The position numbers were made by a program, and so were the translations under genes. 64,000 nt of DNA, from IMG/VR virus record IMGVR_UViG_3300012940_000022, positions 1 to 64,000 of that record; one strand, written 5' to 3'. Shown one piece after another: positions 47,216 through 56,070 of this stretch. Position 1 is the first letter of the stretch, and each line of letters starts with the position of its first letter. Under the pieces are notes generated by a model. That model ran no database searches and was not told the DNA's origin. It was given only the letters and a program-made list of their open reading frames with translations. Source of the DNA: a virus.

Positions 47216-47257
47216 GGACGGCCGGAGCGACGCAAAGGTCGCCCGGCCGTTCGTTTT
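47216..47257 (+). terminator. Hairpin terminator after the capsid gene
   Basis: ACGGCCGG.GCGAC-gcaaag-GTCGC.CCGGCCGT followed by TCGTTTT. Confidence 0.55.
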
Positions 47258-47271
47258 GAAAGGATCAGGAG

Positions 47272-47994
47272 ATGACGCTCATCACGGTTCGGCCGACACG
47301 CAACGACCGGCGCACGATCGTCTGGGAACGCGACAGCCGGCATCCCGGCGGCGAGGCCTACATTGGCGCCCGGACTGACCGCGAATTCGTCGTTGGCGAG
47401 ACCCCCGACATCCTTCGGGCGATTGCCAGCGGTGCACTCGAGCGCGTCGCGGTACCGGCCGACACCGCTACGACGCAAAGCGAGTCCTACGAGTTGACAA
47501 AGGCCCGGGAGGAAGCTGCCGAAGCCGCGGTGGAGGAGAGCGCCGGAATCTACGAACTCGATGGGAAACGGCACGTGTTTCACTCGATCGATGACGTGCC
47601 TGCTAATGCCGTCGTGGTGGGATTCCGCAGCGTCGAGGAGTTGCACGAGGCGGTAAAGGCCCTAGAAGAAGTCCAACCGCAAGAGGACAAATCCAATGGC
47701 GATCAGCCGCCAGCTCCCGGGGCGACAACTGTCGGCGACCAGGAGGCGCCCACCAATCCCGACCAGACGGCTGATCAGGCTGAACCTCCGACAGGAGCGG
47801 GTGCGCCAGCGAACGCTGAGGGCGCCACGGCTGAAAACGCAAAGGATGCCGCATCTCAAGAAGAGGTGAATCCGGTGAACGCCGAGCAGCAGCAGACCAC
47901 CAACAGCACCAACACGACCGATCCGAAGCAGGAGCAACCGACAACCACCCAGCCGCCGCGCCGATCGACCCGCCGACCGGCTGAACCACGCTAA
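47272..47994 (+). CDS. Hypothetical head-associated protein
   Basis: AGGAG RBS; WERDSRHPGGEAYI; low-complexity C-terminus. Confidence 0.65.
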   Translation: MTLITVRPTRNDRRTIVWERDSRHPGGEAYIGARTDREFVVGETPDILRAIASGALERVAVPADTATTQSESYELTKAREEAAEAAVEESAGIYELDGKRHVFHSIDDVPANAVVVGFRSVEELHEAVKALEEVQPQEDKSNGDQPPAPGATTVGDQEAPTNPDQTADQAEPPTGAGAPANAEGATAENAKDAASQEEVNPVNAEQQQTTNSTNTTDPKQEQPTTTQPPRRSTRRPAEPR

Positions 47995-48419
47995 TGGCGC
48001 TGCCGATTCTCGCCGGCACCGACGATGCGGCTGCGGTGCGCCTGCTGATCGATCAGAACCTGACCGCCGACCTGATGCCGGATATGACGATCTACAGTCC
48101 GGTCTTCTACGGCGCAGTGCAGGCAGAGCTCGTGCGTCGCGTGCCGGGTCTCGCCGATGCTGACAGTGGGAGCGACGAACAAGCCGCGTACAAGCTCGTC
48201 GCGATGTACTGGACCGCGGCCGCGATGCTCTCCGGTCAGGTGGGATTGACCGGCGAGAAATTCACGGACGAGTACAGCTACACGCAGGATGCTGGGGCAG
48301 TGGCTGCTCGCGCGGCATGGCTGCGTCAACTGGGCGAGGACGCGCTGGAGCCGTATCTCGAGACCAGCGGATTGGGGACGATGTTCGCCCGGGTGCCGGG
48401 AGGCAGGGGGCGGATATGA
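47994..48419 (+). CDS. Putative head-tail connector
   Basis: Position; EKFTDEYSYT motif typical of gp6/gp15-like proteins. Confidence 0.6.
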   Translation: MALPILAGTDDAAAVRLLIDQNLTADLMPDMTIYSPVFYGAVQAELVRRVPGLADADSGSDEQAAYKLVAMYWTAAAMLSGQVGLTGEKFTDEYSYTQDAGAVAARAAWLRQLGEDALEPYLETSGLGTMFARVPGGRGRI

Positions 48420-49087
48420 GCGTCGGATTGGCGCGTGCCCGTGGTCGCATGAAGAGCCGCCATACCGCGAAGCTGACGATCGAGCGGCAGAACGCGAGCG
48501 GTGCCTGGCAGACGGTCGCCATCGACGTGCCGTGCACGCTCCGTCCGGTGCGCTCCGGCGGTGCGCCGGCATCGGCGCAACCCGATGCCGGCCAACAGGG
48601 CCAGCGGCTTTACGCCTGGCGCGTGCTTGCCGACGTCGGTACCGGCATCCAGATCAAGGACCGACTCACGATCGTCACGGCTGAATTCGGCACCGTGCGC
48701 ATTGTGGTCGGAGCGATCACGCAACCGTCGATGGGGGTGTGCGAAAACGCCTTCGGCACGCGCGAGGAATGGGCCGGCGAGCAGATCAGCATCACCTTCA
48801 TCCGTTACGACCAGGTCACCGAAACCGAGGCGACCCTCGGGCCCGTGCTTGCCGGTCGAGTGCAAGACGATCCGCGATCATCAGGCGGATCGAGCGACGG
48901 ATCGGCAGGCGCGTTGATGACGGTCACGCTGCGATTGCCGGATACCGAGCCGCGCGTCCAGGTCGGTGACATCGTCCCCGAGCTCGCCGGCGGTGTCGTT
49001 CGCGTGGTGCGGCCGGCCGTCGATCAGCACTACGAGATCGAGGTGGCGGTCGATGCCGGCATTGCCTGGACCTCTGGAGGCTCCTAG
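48416..49087 (+). CDS. Putative head closure/adaptor protein
   Basis: Position; DVPCTL...IQIKDRLTI. Confidence 0.55.
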   Translation: MSVGLARARGRMKSRHTAKLTIERQNASGAWQTVAIDVPCTLRPVRSGGAPASAQPDAGQQGQRLYAWRVLADVGTGIQIKDRLTIVTAEFGTVRIVVGAITQPSMGVCENAFGTREEWAGEQISITFIRYDQVTETEATLGPVLAGRVQDDPRSSGGSSDGSAGALMTVTLRLPDTEPRVQVGDIVPELAGGVVRVVRPAVDQHYEIEVAVDAGIAWTSGGS

Positions 49088-49089
49088 CA

Positions 49090-49437
49090 GTGGGCGTACG
49101 CTGGAAAGGCCTGAGGGAGACCACGCAACGGATCGATCGGCTGGCGAACGAGCTGGACGACAACGTCGGGGTCGAGATGGCGGCGCTCGGTGAGGAATGG
49201 ACGGAGTATGCCCAGAGCCATCACCGCTGGCAAAACCGCAGCGGCGAGGCGGAAGCCGAACTCCATCACGTCGTGACGAAGACAGGAACCGGCTGGCAGG
49301 TGGACGAGTCGCACGGTGCGCCGTACGGCATCTGGCTCGAGAAAAAGTATGGCGGCAAATGGGGCGTGCTCCTCCCCTCCCTCGCCGCGATGATCCCGAG
49401 AGTGCAAGCCCGGCTCCGTAATGTCTTTCGCTTCTGA
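49090..49437 (+). CDS. HK97 gp10-like neck/tail completion protein
   Basis: HRWQNRSGEA...SHGAPYGIWLEKKYGGKW. Confidence 0.7.
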   Translation: MGVRWKGLRETTQRIDRLANELDDNVGVEMAALGEEWTEYAQSHHRWQNRSGEAEAELHHVVTKTGTGWQVDESHGAPYGIWLEKKYGGKWGVLLPSLAAMIPRVQARLRNVFRF

Positions 49438-49446
49438 GGTACGGCC

Positions 49447-49929
49447 ATGAGTCTCGATCTCATCAACGCGATCGCCGATGCCCTCCGCAACGATCCGACG
49501 ATCTCGGCCGCATTGACCGGCAAGGTCTGGACGCGCGAGCTGCGCAAGAACGTCTCGACCGATCCCAGCGTGCAAACGCCTGGCTCGACGCCGGATGCGT
49601 TCGACAGCGCGCAGCGGATCAGGCGCGCCGCCGTGGTGCAGATGCAGTTGCCGGAAACGCGCAACCTGGCCGGACCATCGGGTGCCTACATCGGCGGGCC
49701 GCAAATCCTCTTCTACTGCCAGCCGAAGGAGACGGAGAAGGTGGCGATCAACACGGTGATCGGCAAGACAATCGCCCTACTCCGAGGAAAGCCGATCCGA
49801 ATCCCGTCATACGGCACCGCGACGGTGCTCTCGATCGCCGGCCGAGATGACTTCGAGGATGATCCGGTGCTGAATGCGGTGTTTGCGTCGTTGTCGTTGC
49901 AGGCGGATGGGGTGTGGTTTACCGGCTAG
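49447..49929 (+). CDS. Putative tail terminator protein
   Basis: AIADALRNDPTISAALTGKVW N-terminus; position. Confidence 0.6.
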   Translation: MSLDLINAIADALRNDPTISAALTGKVWTRELRKNVSTDPSVQTPGSTPDAFDSAQRIRRAAVVQMQLPETRNLAGPSGAYIGGPQILFYCQPKETEKVAINTVIGKTIALLRGKPIRIPSYGTATVLSIAGRDDFEDDPVLNAVFASLSLQADGVWFTG

Positions 49930-50167
49930 CGGGATCGAGGCCGAGTATTCTATCCACCGAAACCTTGACCGGTCTATCTTCCGGATCGAAACTCACCGTA
50001 TAGGTCTCGCTGTCGCTGCCGCCGAAGCTCATATACGCCCGCGTGTTCGAGCGGTCGATAATCTCACCAGAGATAGACGTCCGCGAGAGATCGGGCGGAG
50101 CCGTGTTATCGACTAGCACGCGATCACCGATGTTGTAACAGTATTCGAAGGCTGATGAATCACTCAT
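49919..50167 (-). CDS. Small SH3-like hypothetical protein (moron)
   Basis: YNIGDRVLV...GEII...YTVSFD; coupled to the next minus-strand ORF. Confidence 0.5.
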   Translation of the reverse strand: MSDSSAFEYCYNIGDRVLVDNTAPPDLSRTSISGEIIDRSNTRAYMSFGGSDSETYTVSFDPEDRPVKVSVDRILGLDPASR

Positions 50168-50417
50168 CGTTCATGCCGTTCTCGTGGTTGACGCGAGTAT
50201 CAGGCAGGGATTCAAGCGTCAAACTGAAACTACCAGGTTGCCATTCTTCGGAGCTCCTGTATGTGAGTCCAGCAGGATACTTCTCAGCAAGCTGCTGCTT
50301 CAGTCGCTCGATCGCCTCGTCGCTAAAGCGCTCGCCGTAGGCGTTGACGTACGCAAGGACCTCAATCGATTGCGTCAGCGATTCGACCGGTACATGGATC
50401 GTCTTTTCGTCTATCAT
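50160..50417 (-). CDS. Hypothetical protein (moron)
   Basis: GGAG RBS; overlaps its neighbour. Confidence 0.5.
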   Translation of the reverse strand: MIDEKTIHVPVESLTQSIEVLAYVNAYGERFSDEAIERLKQQLAEKYPAGLTYRSSEEWQPGSFSLTLESLPDTRVNHENGMNDE

Positions 50418-50695
50418 CAGAACTCTCCGCGGTATTCCTGCAACCTATTCGGCTGCTCCCTGAATGCGTCGGTAAATCGCTGCCACGATCGTCTGACCGT
50501 TTTCCACGTCGAGCGGAAATTCACCTTCAACGGATTGCTTCGGCTTTGCGATTGCTTCGGGGACGAAACACTCGCCATGTGAGGGCACTTCGCGAGGTGA
50601 AGCAAACGTAATCTCGAATGATCGAATGGGAACATTACCAGTCTTTTCTTCCATCGGCGTTTACCTTTCCTCCACCTTATTCTATCACCGGCGAT

Positions 50696-50745
50696 GTCAA
50701 AAGTGACCCATTTCTCCGAAGATTTTGCAACGCCGTTGCTAGCAT
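50696..50745 (+). promoter_or_regulatory. GTCAAAAGTGACCCATTTCTCCGAA motif plus extended -10 (TGcTAGCAT)
   Basis: Near-identical to 55822-55847; -10 at 50740-50745. Confidence 0.55.
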
Positions 50746-50812
50746 TCGGGCGAGCCGCAACCAGCGTATTCGCTCCGGGCGAACAGACGACGCGGCTCCG
50801 GAGGAATCCACC

Positions 50813-51079
50813 ATGCCCGACAAGATACTTACCGTCGAAGAGCTCGATGCCTATCTCAAAGAGAACGGCACCGTGCCTGGCGGGTATCGCTTCAACCCGC
50901 ATGCGAAAGTGCGGTGGACCACGCTCGACGGCACCCCAGTTGAGTCGGCCCCAGTATCGGAGCCGGTCGACGAAGAGGTCACTGCCGTAGACGAGGAAGC
51001 CACTGCATCGGAGCCGGTCGACGAAGAGGTCACTCCCGTCGATGAGGAAGCCGCTGCTGAAGACGACGAGGAGTCCTAA
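50813..51079 (+). CDS. Small acidic protein with a 17-aa tandem repeat
   Basis: GGAGG RBS; SEPVDEEVT.VDEEA x2 (51-bp repeat at 50956-51057). Confidence 0.65.
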   Translation: MPDKILTVEELDAYLKENGTVPGGYRFNPHAKVRWTTLDGTPVESAPVSEPVDEEVTAVDEEATASEPVDEEVTPVDEEAAAEDDEES

Positions 51080-51084
51080 GCGCC

Positions 51085-51663
51085 ATGCGCGTGGTGCTCC
51101 TCGACCCGGACATGCTTGCCGAGGATGGCAGTGGCAAAGCGGTGCAGCCGGAGACCGGCTACGTCTGGCTGGAGTGGATCGGGCAGCCCTCGCCCACCAT
51201 CTCGCCGACCGTCCGGTTCCTAATGCTCCGTGACCGGCTTCCTGCCATCTATAAGAAGGCGATCCGCACGATCGCCGCCGGCGCGATTCGCCGGGTGGAT
51301 GGCAAGACGTCGCGCACGATCGAGCGCGGCAACGGCTACGGCCAGATTCCAGGCCTCACGCAGACCTGGACCTTCGGTCCGAAGAAGAATGCCGGACGCG
51401 GTCAGCGCGGCAGTTACATCCAGAAAGTCCCTAATCGCGACGCCGATCTGATCAAGTCGTCGCCCTCCGGCAAGGAGTTCCGGGTCCTCGGCTACGCCGG
51501 GGACACCGACATCGAACCGGTGACGGCGATGACCAACGCGATCATCGGCGACGTGTTCCAAACCAAGGTCGCGAAGAAGCTCGGCGAGGCCGAGGGCTTC
51601 AAGACCTACCGCGCGCTCAGCCGAAAGATGGGCTGGGACGCCACAAGAGTTCGCAGACGATGA
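51085..51663 (+). CDS. Hypothetical tail-region protein
   Basis: Operon context. Confidence 0.6.
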   Translation: MRVVLLDPDMLAEDGSGKAVQPETGYVWLEWIGQPSPTISPTVRFLMLRDRLPAIYKKAIRTIAAGAIRRVDGKTSRTIERGNGYGQIPGLTQTWTFGPKKNAGRGQRGSYIQKVPNRDADLIKSSPSGKEFRVLGYAGDTDIEPVTAMTNAIIGDVFQTKVAKKLGEAEGFKTYRALSRKMGWDATRVRRR

Positions 51664-51941
51664 GCGCGGTCGAGCACCCACGACCACCTGAAGCGCCGTT
51701 TGCCGGGATCGAGTCGCTCGATCTCACGCAGTTTCGGCAAGAAGTGGTCTTGCGCTGCCCGGCCGGCGTGCATCACGGAACGATCATCAATGGTCGCTAT
51801 CTCCGGATTCCCTGCCGGCGCAGCAAGCGAAAGCGCGACGGGCTCCAGGCCTACGACGTGTTCGACCTCGTGTTGGGGCGGCACGTGCGCGTGGAGTACC
51901 AGCAGCCGATCGCCGGGCGTGTTTCCCGGCAGGAGGAATAG
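51660..51941 (+). CDS. Small degenerate Com-like Zn-ribbon protein
   Basis: LRCPAGVHHG...LRIPCRRS...FDL. Confidence 0.5.
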   Translation: MSAVEHPRPPEAPFAGIESLDLTQFRQEVVLRCPAGVHHGTIINGRYLRIPCRRSKRKRDGLQAYDVFDLVLGRHVRVEYQQPIAGRVSRQEE

Positions 51942-51944
51942 GAG

Positions 51945-52499
51945 ATGCCGGGATTCGCTGAAGTTCCGCGCGGCGTAGAAAACCTGATGGTGGCCCCGGT
52001 GACTGGTGCTGCCAATACCGTCGGAACCTGGGTCGACGTGCCGGGCATCGGCTCGTTCGAAGTCAATGTCGAGTCGGACTCCGACGAGTTGTCGGGCGAT
52101 AACCGCATCATTGCGGTTTCGAAGTCAGCGCCGTCGCTGTCCGGCTCGATGGAGTGGCACCAGATCAATCTCGCCGCGCTCGCCGTCGTCAAGGGCGGCA
52201 TCGTTTCGACCACCGGCACTGCGGGCAACCAGATCTCCGAATTGCCCGAATCCGACACGCTGACGCAGATCAACTTCGCCATTCAGGTTGCGGCGCCCGG
52301 CGTCGATGTCGGCGGCTCGGAGTACCAGGTCGAAGTGAAGAAGGCGACGATCACCTCCGGTCTGTCCGAGTCGATGACGACGGACGACTGGAACACCCCG
52401 AGTCTCGACTATGCGGGTGTGTCGGTCGGCGGCATCCTGCTCGTTCGCCGGCAGTTTGAGGACGCCGACAACGGCGGCCTGCCGTACGAGGCGGCATAG
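51945..52499 (+). CDS. Major tail tube protein
   Basis: PRGVENLMV...DVPGIGSFEVNVESDSDELSGDN; AGGAG RBS. Confidence 0.8.
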   Translation: MPGFAEVPRGVENLMVAPVTGAANTVGTWVDVPGIGSFEVNVESDSDELSGDNRIIAVSKSAPSLSGSMEWHQINLAALAVVKGGIVSTTGTAGNQISELPESDTLTQINFAIQVAAPGVDVGGSEYQVEVKKATITSGLSESMTTDDWNTPSLDYAGVSVGGILLVRRQFEDADNGGLPYEAA

Positions 52500-52517
52500 G
52501 CAGAAGGGTATCGATCG

Positions 52518-52802
52518 ATGGTCAAGGTGCTCCAGCAGGGCAAGCTCCCCAAACACGAGTCGCCGTGGTGGCTCAAGGTCATCCATGAGTGCGGCTATTG
52601 CGGAGCGCGCTATCTGCTGGAGCACCGAGACCCGGTCGAAGCCCGGCTCTCCGAGTGCGGACACATCATCGCCGAGACGGTGTGCCCGACCTGCAAGCAA
52701 AAGGTCACAACTCGGCACCCGGACGGACTTGTTCGGGAACATCCGAAGCCGGAACCGCTGCCCAAAAGCATTCCGGAAAGCGAGCGATTCAGGTCCCGTT
52801 AG
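52518..52802 (+). CDS. Zn-finger hypothetical protein
   Basis: CGYCG...CPTCK. Confidence 0.6.
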   Translation: MVKVLQQGKLPKHESPWWLKVIHECGYCGARYLLEHRDPVEARLSECGHIIAETVCPTCKQKVTTRHPDGLVREHPKPEPLPKSIPESERFRSR

Positions 52803-52848
52803 TTTGGCGAAACGCCGAAAAGCGCCAAGAGCGCAGGAGCAAAGAGCG

Positions 52849-53430
52849 ATGCCAACCACCCCACGCACCAAATCCCGATCCGGCGTACCGAGCGCCGGTC
52901 CCCGCAAGCGCGCCGCCGCCGTGAAGCAAACCGACATCACCTACGCCAAGAAGCTGGTCGATCCATCGCTCTTCTTTCAGGAATCGATGGACACCGAGTT
53001 CTATTTCCGCCTTGCCGCGACCTTCCCGAGCAAGGAGGTCTATGTCAAAGCGCAGCGCGTGACGCTCGGTGACGAGATGCTCGACGGACGGTTCCCGGCG
53101 GATTTCACCGAAGACCTGCTCAAAGGCTTGCAATTCGTTTCGGACGAAAGTCACGGTGCATTCTTCGAGCAAATGAAGAACGCAAACGACCTCCAGGCGC
53201 TCGCGATGGCTGCGCGAACTCCGGAGATCAAGCCGCTGCTCGATGCCGCCATCGTCATGGGATTCCTCGAGCCCAAGGCCTACCTCAAGGAAGATGACGC
53301 GAAAGCAAACGGCGGCATTCCCGTCGAGAAGATCCGCTTCGCCGACAAGCTCCGGTTCGTCGCCGAATTGCAGAAGGAGGACGCGGCAGCCGACGCCCTG
53401 TTTCCGCCCGCTCCTCGACCAGAGGCTTGA
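52849..53430 (+). CDS. Tail assembly chaperone (gpG-like)
   Basis: Between major tail and tape measure genes; AGGAG RBS. Confidence 0.7.
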   Translation: MPTTPRTKSRSGVPSAGPRKRAAAVKQTDITYAKKLVDPSLFFQESMDTEFYFRLAATFPSKEVYVKAQRVTLGDEMLDGRFPADFTEDLLKGLQFVSDESHGAFFEQMKNANDLQALAMAARTPEIKPLLDAAIVMGFLEPKAYLKEDDAKANGGIPVEKIRFADKLRFVAELQKEDAAADALFPPAPRPEA

Positions 53431-53836
53431 GCTCTATTACCTCGATCTGCTCTGCACGCGCTATCCCCAGGCCGGTACGCCCTTTGACGCGGCCGGCCTG
53501 ACCGGTGCCATGCGGCGACGCGGCTTTCACCCGGCGACAATCGAGCGCTACCGGTTTCGCTTCAACATCGCCGTCGCGATATACGGCGATGCCGTCGATC
53601 GGCGCAAGAACGAGACCGTCCAGAAGAATGCACCGAAGGACAAGAGCAAGACGCCGAAGATCAGCGTACCGAAATACACGTCGCTGACCGGACTGCTCAA
53701 CCTGCCGAAGCCGGACGAAGTGGCCATGGCTGATCCGAAGGCTCAGGCCGAGCACGATGCGCTGATCGAGGCGTGGCAGACCGACCCTGAGGAGTTCGTG
53801 CGGATGTTGCAGGAGAAGATCGGGTTGGAGGCATAG
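53402..53836 (+). CDS. Tail assembly chaperone extension (gpT-like), reached by +1 frameshift
   Basis: No own RBS or start; overlaps the gpG end at CTG TTT CCG, giving TTC CGC (FRPLLDQRLELYYL...). Confidence 0.6.
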   Translation, partial: FRPLLDQRLELYYLDLLCTRYPQAGTPFDAAGLTGAMRRRGFHPATIERYRFRFNIAVAIYGDAVDRRKNETVQKNAPKDKSKTPKISVPKYTSLTGLLNLPKPDEVAMADPKAQAEHDALIEAWQTDPEEFVRMLQEKIGLEA

Positions 53837-53861
53837 AGACATCAGCCGAGGGTCAACAATA

Positions 53862-53897
53862 AGAGCCTGTGCGTCACAGAGGTGACGCACAGGCTCT
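53862..53897. terminator. Perfect 16-bp hairpin, bidirectional terminator
   Basis: AGAGCCTGTGCGTCAC-agag-GTGACGCACAGGCTCT. Confidence 0.7.
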
Positions 53898-53925
53898 CCT
53901 GTTCGCGCCGGAAACGTTAGATTCG

Positions 53926-54126
53926 CTAGTCGTTACCGGCGCGGCGCAACCGATCGACCAGGCTTTCGATGAGAACGTGACCGCAAGCGATGAGCGCGAT
54001 ATCGACCGCGTGCTTCACTCCTTCGGCAACATCGGCCACACTGATTGACAGGAGACCGCCACCTCGGAGAAGCGAAATAACCGGGCATAGCACTTCGATG
54101 ACAAGCCACGAGCTTACGAAGAACAT
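53926..54126 (-). CDS. 66-aa hydrophobic protein (type I toxin candidate)
   Basis: GGAGG RBS then ATG 54126; MFFVSSWLVIEVLCPVISLL... Confidence 0.5.
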   Translation of the reverse strand: MFFVSSWLVIEVLCPVISLLRGGGLLSISVADVAEGVKHAVDIALIACGHVLIESLVDRLRRAGND

Positions 54127-54173
54127 GTGGTCCTCCATGAGGCTTGTGCACCGCTTGAGGGTCGATCATGTGC

Positions 54174-54301
54174 TTGACACTCGAAGCTGGCGGACCTACG
54201 ATCACTGCACGTGAATCGACCGAGCGGGCAGCACGGACGATTGCGGTATTGGGCTCCCGGCGGGTGTGTTAGGGTCACTGCCGGGGCCCAATCGTTTTAT
54301 T
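54174..54301 (+). ncRNA. Putative ~90-nt sRNA with its own promoter and terminator
   Basis: TTGACA(54174)-17 nt-TACGAT(54197); hairpin ATTGGGC.CCCGGC...GCCGGGGCCCAAT followed by CGTTTTATT; no RBS or ORF inside. Confidence 0.55.
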
Positions 54302-54608
54302 CGGATACCTCCTTCTCGCCAGCATATTCATTGTTGCAGGTTGCTGCCGATAGTTGCCCCCATTGTCAATCCCTAGCTTACGCAACCCACGCATCTTCGT
54401 TTGGAGACGAAGAGCGTTAGGTTCGTCTTGACAAAGTCCGAAATACCGCCCTTCCAATAGATAGGATAGATATGAAGGGTCGGGACCAGACAACACCAAG
54501 GAACGCGAGAGCGAACGCTCATGATTGCGGTGTTGGATGGAGGATTCGATGGTCAGCTCGAATACCCGACCTCAAAAAAGCTGTAAGAGTAAGGAGGTGA
54601 AGGGGTCG

Positions 54609-54938
54609 ATGCCACTCGACCCTGATATTGGATGGCCGTACCGGTGCTCGGATGACGAAGTCGTCAAAGTCCTTACGGCGCGGCACACGATGGTGAGGTT
54701 CTGGGCGGAGGGCATTGAAGGAGATCACAACCTTCTTCTTTACCTCGGACACATAGTGGGTGAGCTACGTTTCAACATGTCCACAACAGATGGAACGCCT
54801 GAAGAGCTGGACAGAGTGGCATGGTTCGCTTGCTTCGTCGGCCGACTCCACTTCATCAAAGAAAAGCAGGTGCCCGGTCAGGACTTTGACTTGCCAATTC
54901 TTCCACAGCGCGAAGGGTCAAGGCGCCTACCGAAATAA
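54609..54938 (+). CDS. Hypothetical protein (moron)
   Basis: AAGGAGGTG RBS. Confidence 0.55.
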   Translation: MPLDPDIGWPYRCSDDEVVKVLTARHTMVRFWAEGIEGDHNLLLYLGHIVGELRFNMSTTDGTPEELDRVAWFACFVGRLHFIKEKQVPGQDFDLPILPQREGSRRLPK

Positions 54939-55113
54939 CTGTCAGACGACCCGTTGTCCCGCCCTTCCACCGAGGAGCGGGCGAGAGGGGATCACTCAGT
55001 GAAACCGATCTCGTTCGCTTCAATGGTGTAGCTGACCAACGTTTCGTAGGGCGTTCCTACGATAGCGAGCGGTACTCCGCCAAAATCTGGCTAGAGGAGG
55101 TGAGACCGTACGG

Positions 55114-55482
55114 ATGGCGAACCCTATACCGTACAGTGCAAGTACACCGGCGCAGGGACGACCCAAGTCGTTCCATCGTGTGTGCAGTGTAATTCCACTG
55201 ACGCAGGGAGGAACCGAGTCGTCCCATCTCGACGAACTCGACAAACTCGTCAGCCTTCTGGCTGAGATTTGCAGCGAGCTCAAGGAGATGAGCACGAGCG
55301 ACTCCGTCTCTCGGCTGAATTTACCTGACGGCCGATACTGGTACCTGACCAGATCTCTGCCTTCGTGGATGGTAAATCTCGCACCAAATGGTGCCGAGTT
55401 GTCTACCGAGGGTCGAGAAGTGTACGCAGCAGTTCTCTCGGAACTCCGTGAATTCATGGAAGAGTGTCGACCAAGGTGTTGA
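55114..55482 (+). CDS. Hypothetical protein (moron)
   Basis: GAGGAGGTG RBS. Confidence 0.5.
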   Translation: MANPIPYSASTPAQGRPKSFHRVCSVIPLTQGGTESSHLDELDKLVSLLAEICSELKEMSTSDSVSRLNLPDGRYWYLTRSLPSWMVNLAPNGAELSTEGREVYAAVLSELREFMEECRPRC

Positions 55483-55586
55483 CACGATTCACTCGAAGGA
55501 GACGTTGACATCATGCACGGTAGATTCGAGCCCATTGTTCTAACCGGCGGTCCTGAATGGTCATCTTTGCGGGAAGGTGACTAGTT

Positions 55587-55663
55587 AGGTCTGGTTTAGC
55601 CGTCCAGCTAAACCAGACCTGAAATGATTGACGGGTCCCGTACCGGAGAGGCGGGACCCGTCA
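55587..55663. repeat. Two adjacent perfect hairpins (14 and 12 bp)
   Basis: AGGTCTGGTTTAGC/GCTAAACCAGACCT and TGACGGGTCCCG/CGGGACCCGTCA. Confidence 0.7.
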
Positions 55664-55821
55664 CATCTCGCGAGAGGTGGACGTCTTTAGCCTTCCTCAC
55701 TCGAATTGAGCTTGAGGCACTTTATTGGCATCGATCGGCGGCACGTCAATCACTTCTTAATGACTCCTAGGTTTGGAATCTGCGTCACCTAATCGCCGCC
55801 CACCTCTATCTGCCTGCTTAG

Positions 55822-55871
55822 GTCAAAAGTGCCCCGATTTCTCCGAATAAGTCGACAGCGTTTTCCATACT
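55822..55871 (+). promoter_or_regulatory. GTCAAAAGTGCCCCGATTTCTCCGAA motif plus -10 CATACT upstream of the tape measure gene
   Basis: Same motif and the same 41-nt spacing to -10 as at 50699. Confidence 0.55.
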
Positions 55872-56070
55872 GAAGCCATCACTCGCCTGACTAACGCCCA
55901 GGTGAGACCGTCCGTTTTCGACGCGACCACCGTCAAAAGCGCAGCCCACCAGCACCAAAGCGCGACGCGTGACAAACCGCACTCAGTTTTGAGTCAAGCG
56001 GGGCGTTCGCGGTCGCTGCTCTCCCGGTGACGCCAGCTCCGCGCTGCCGTTATCCGGCGGCAGGCGCGCT

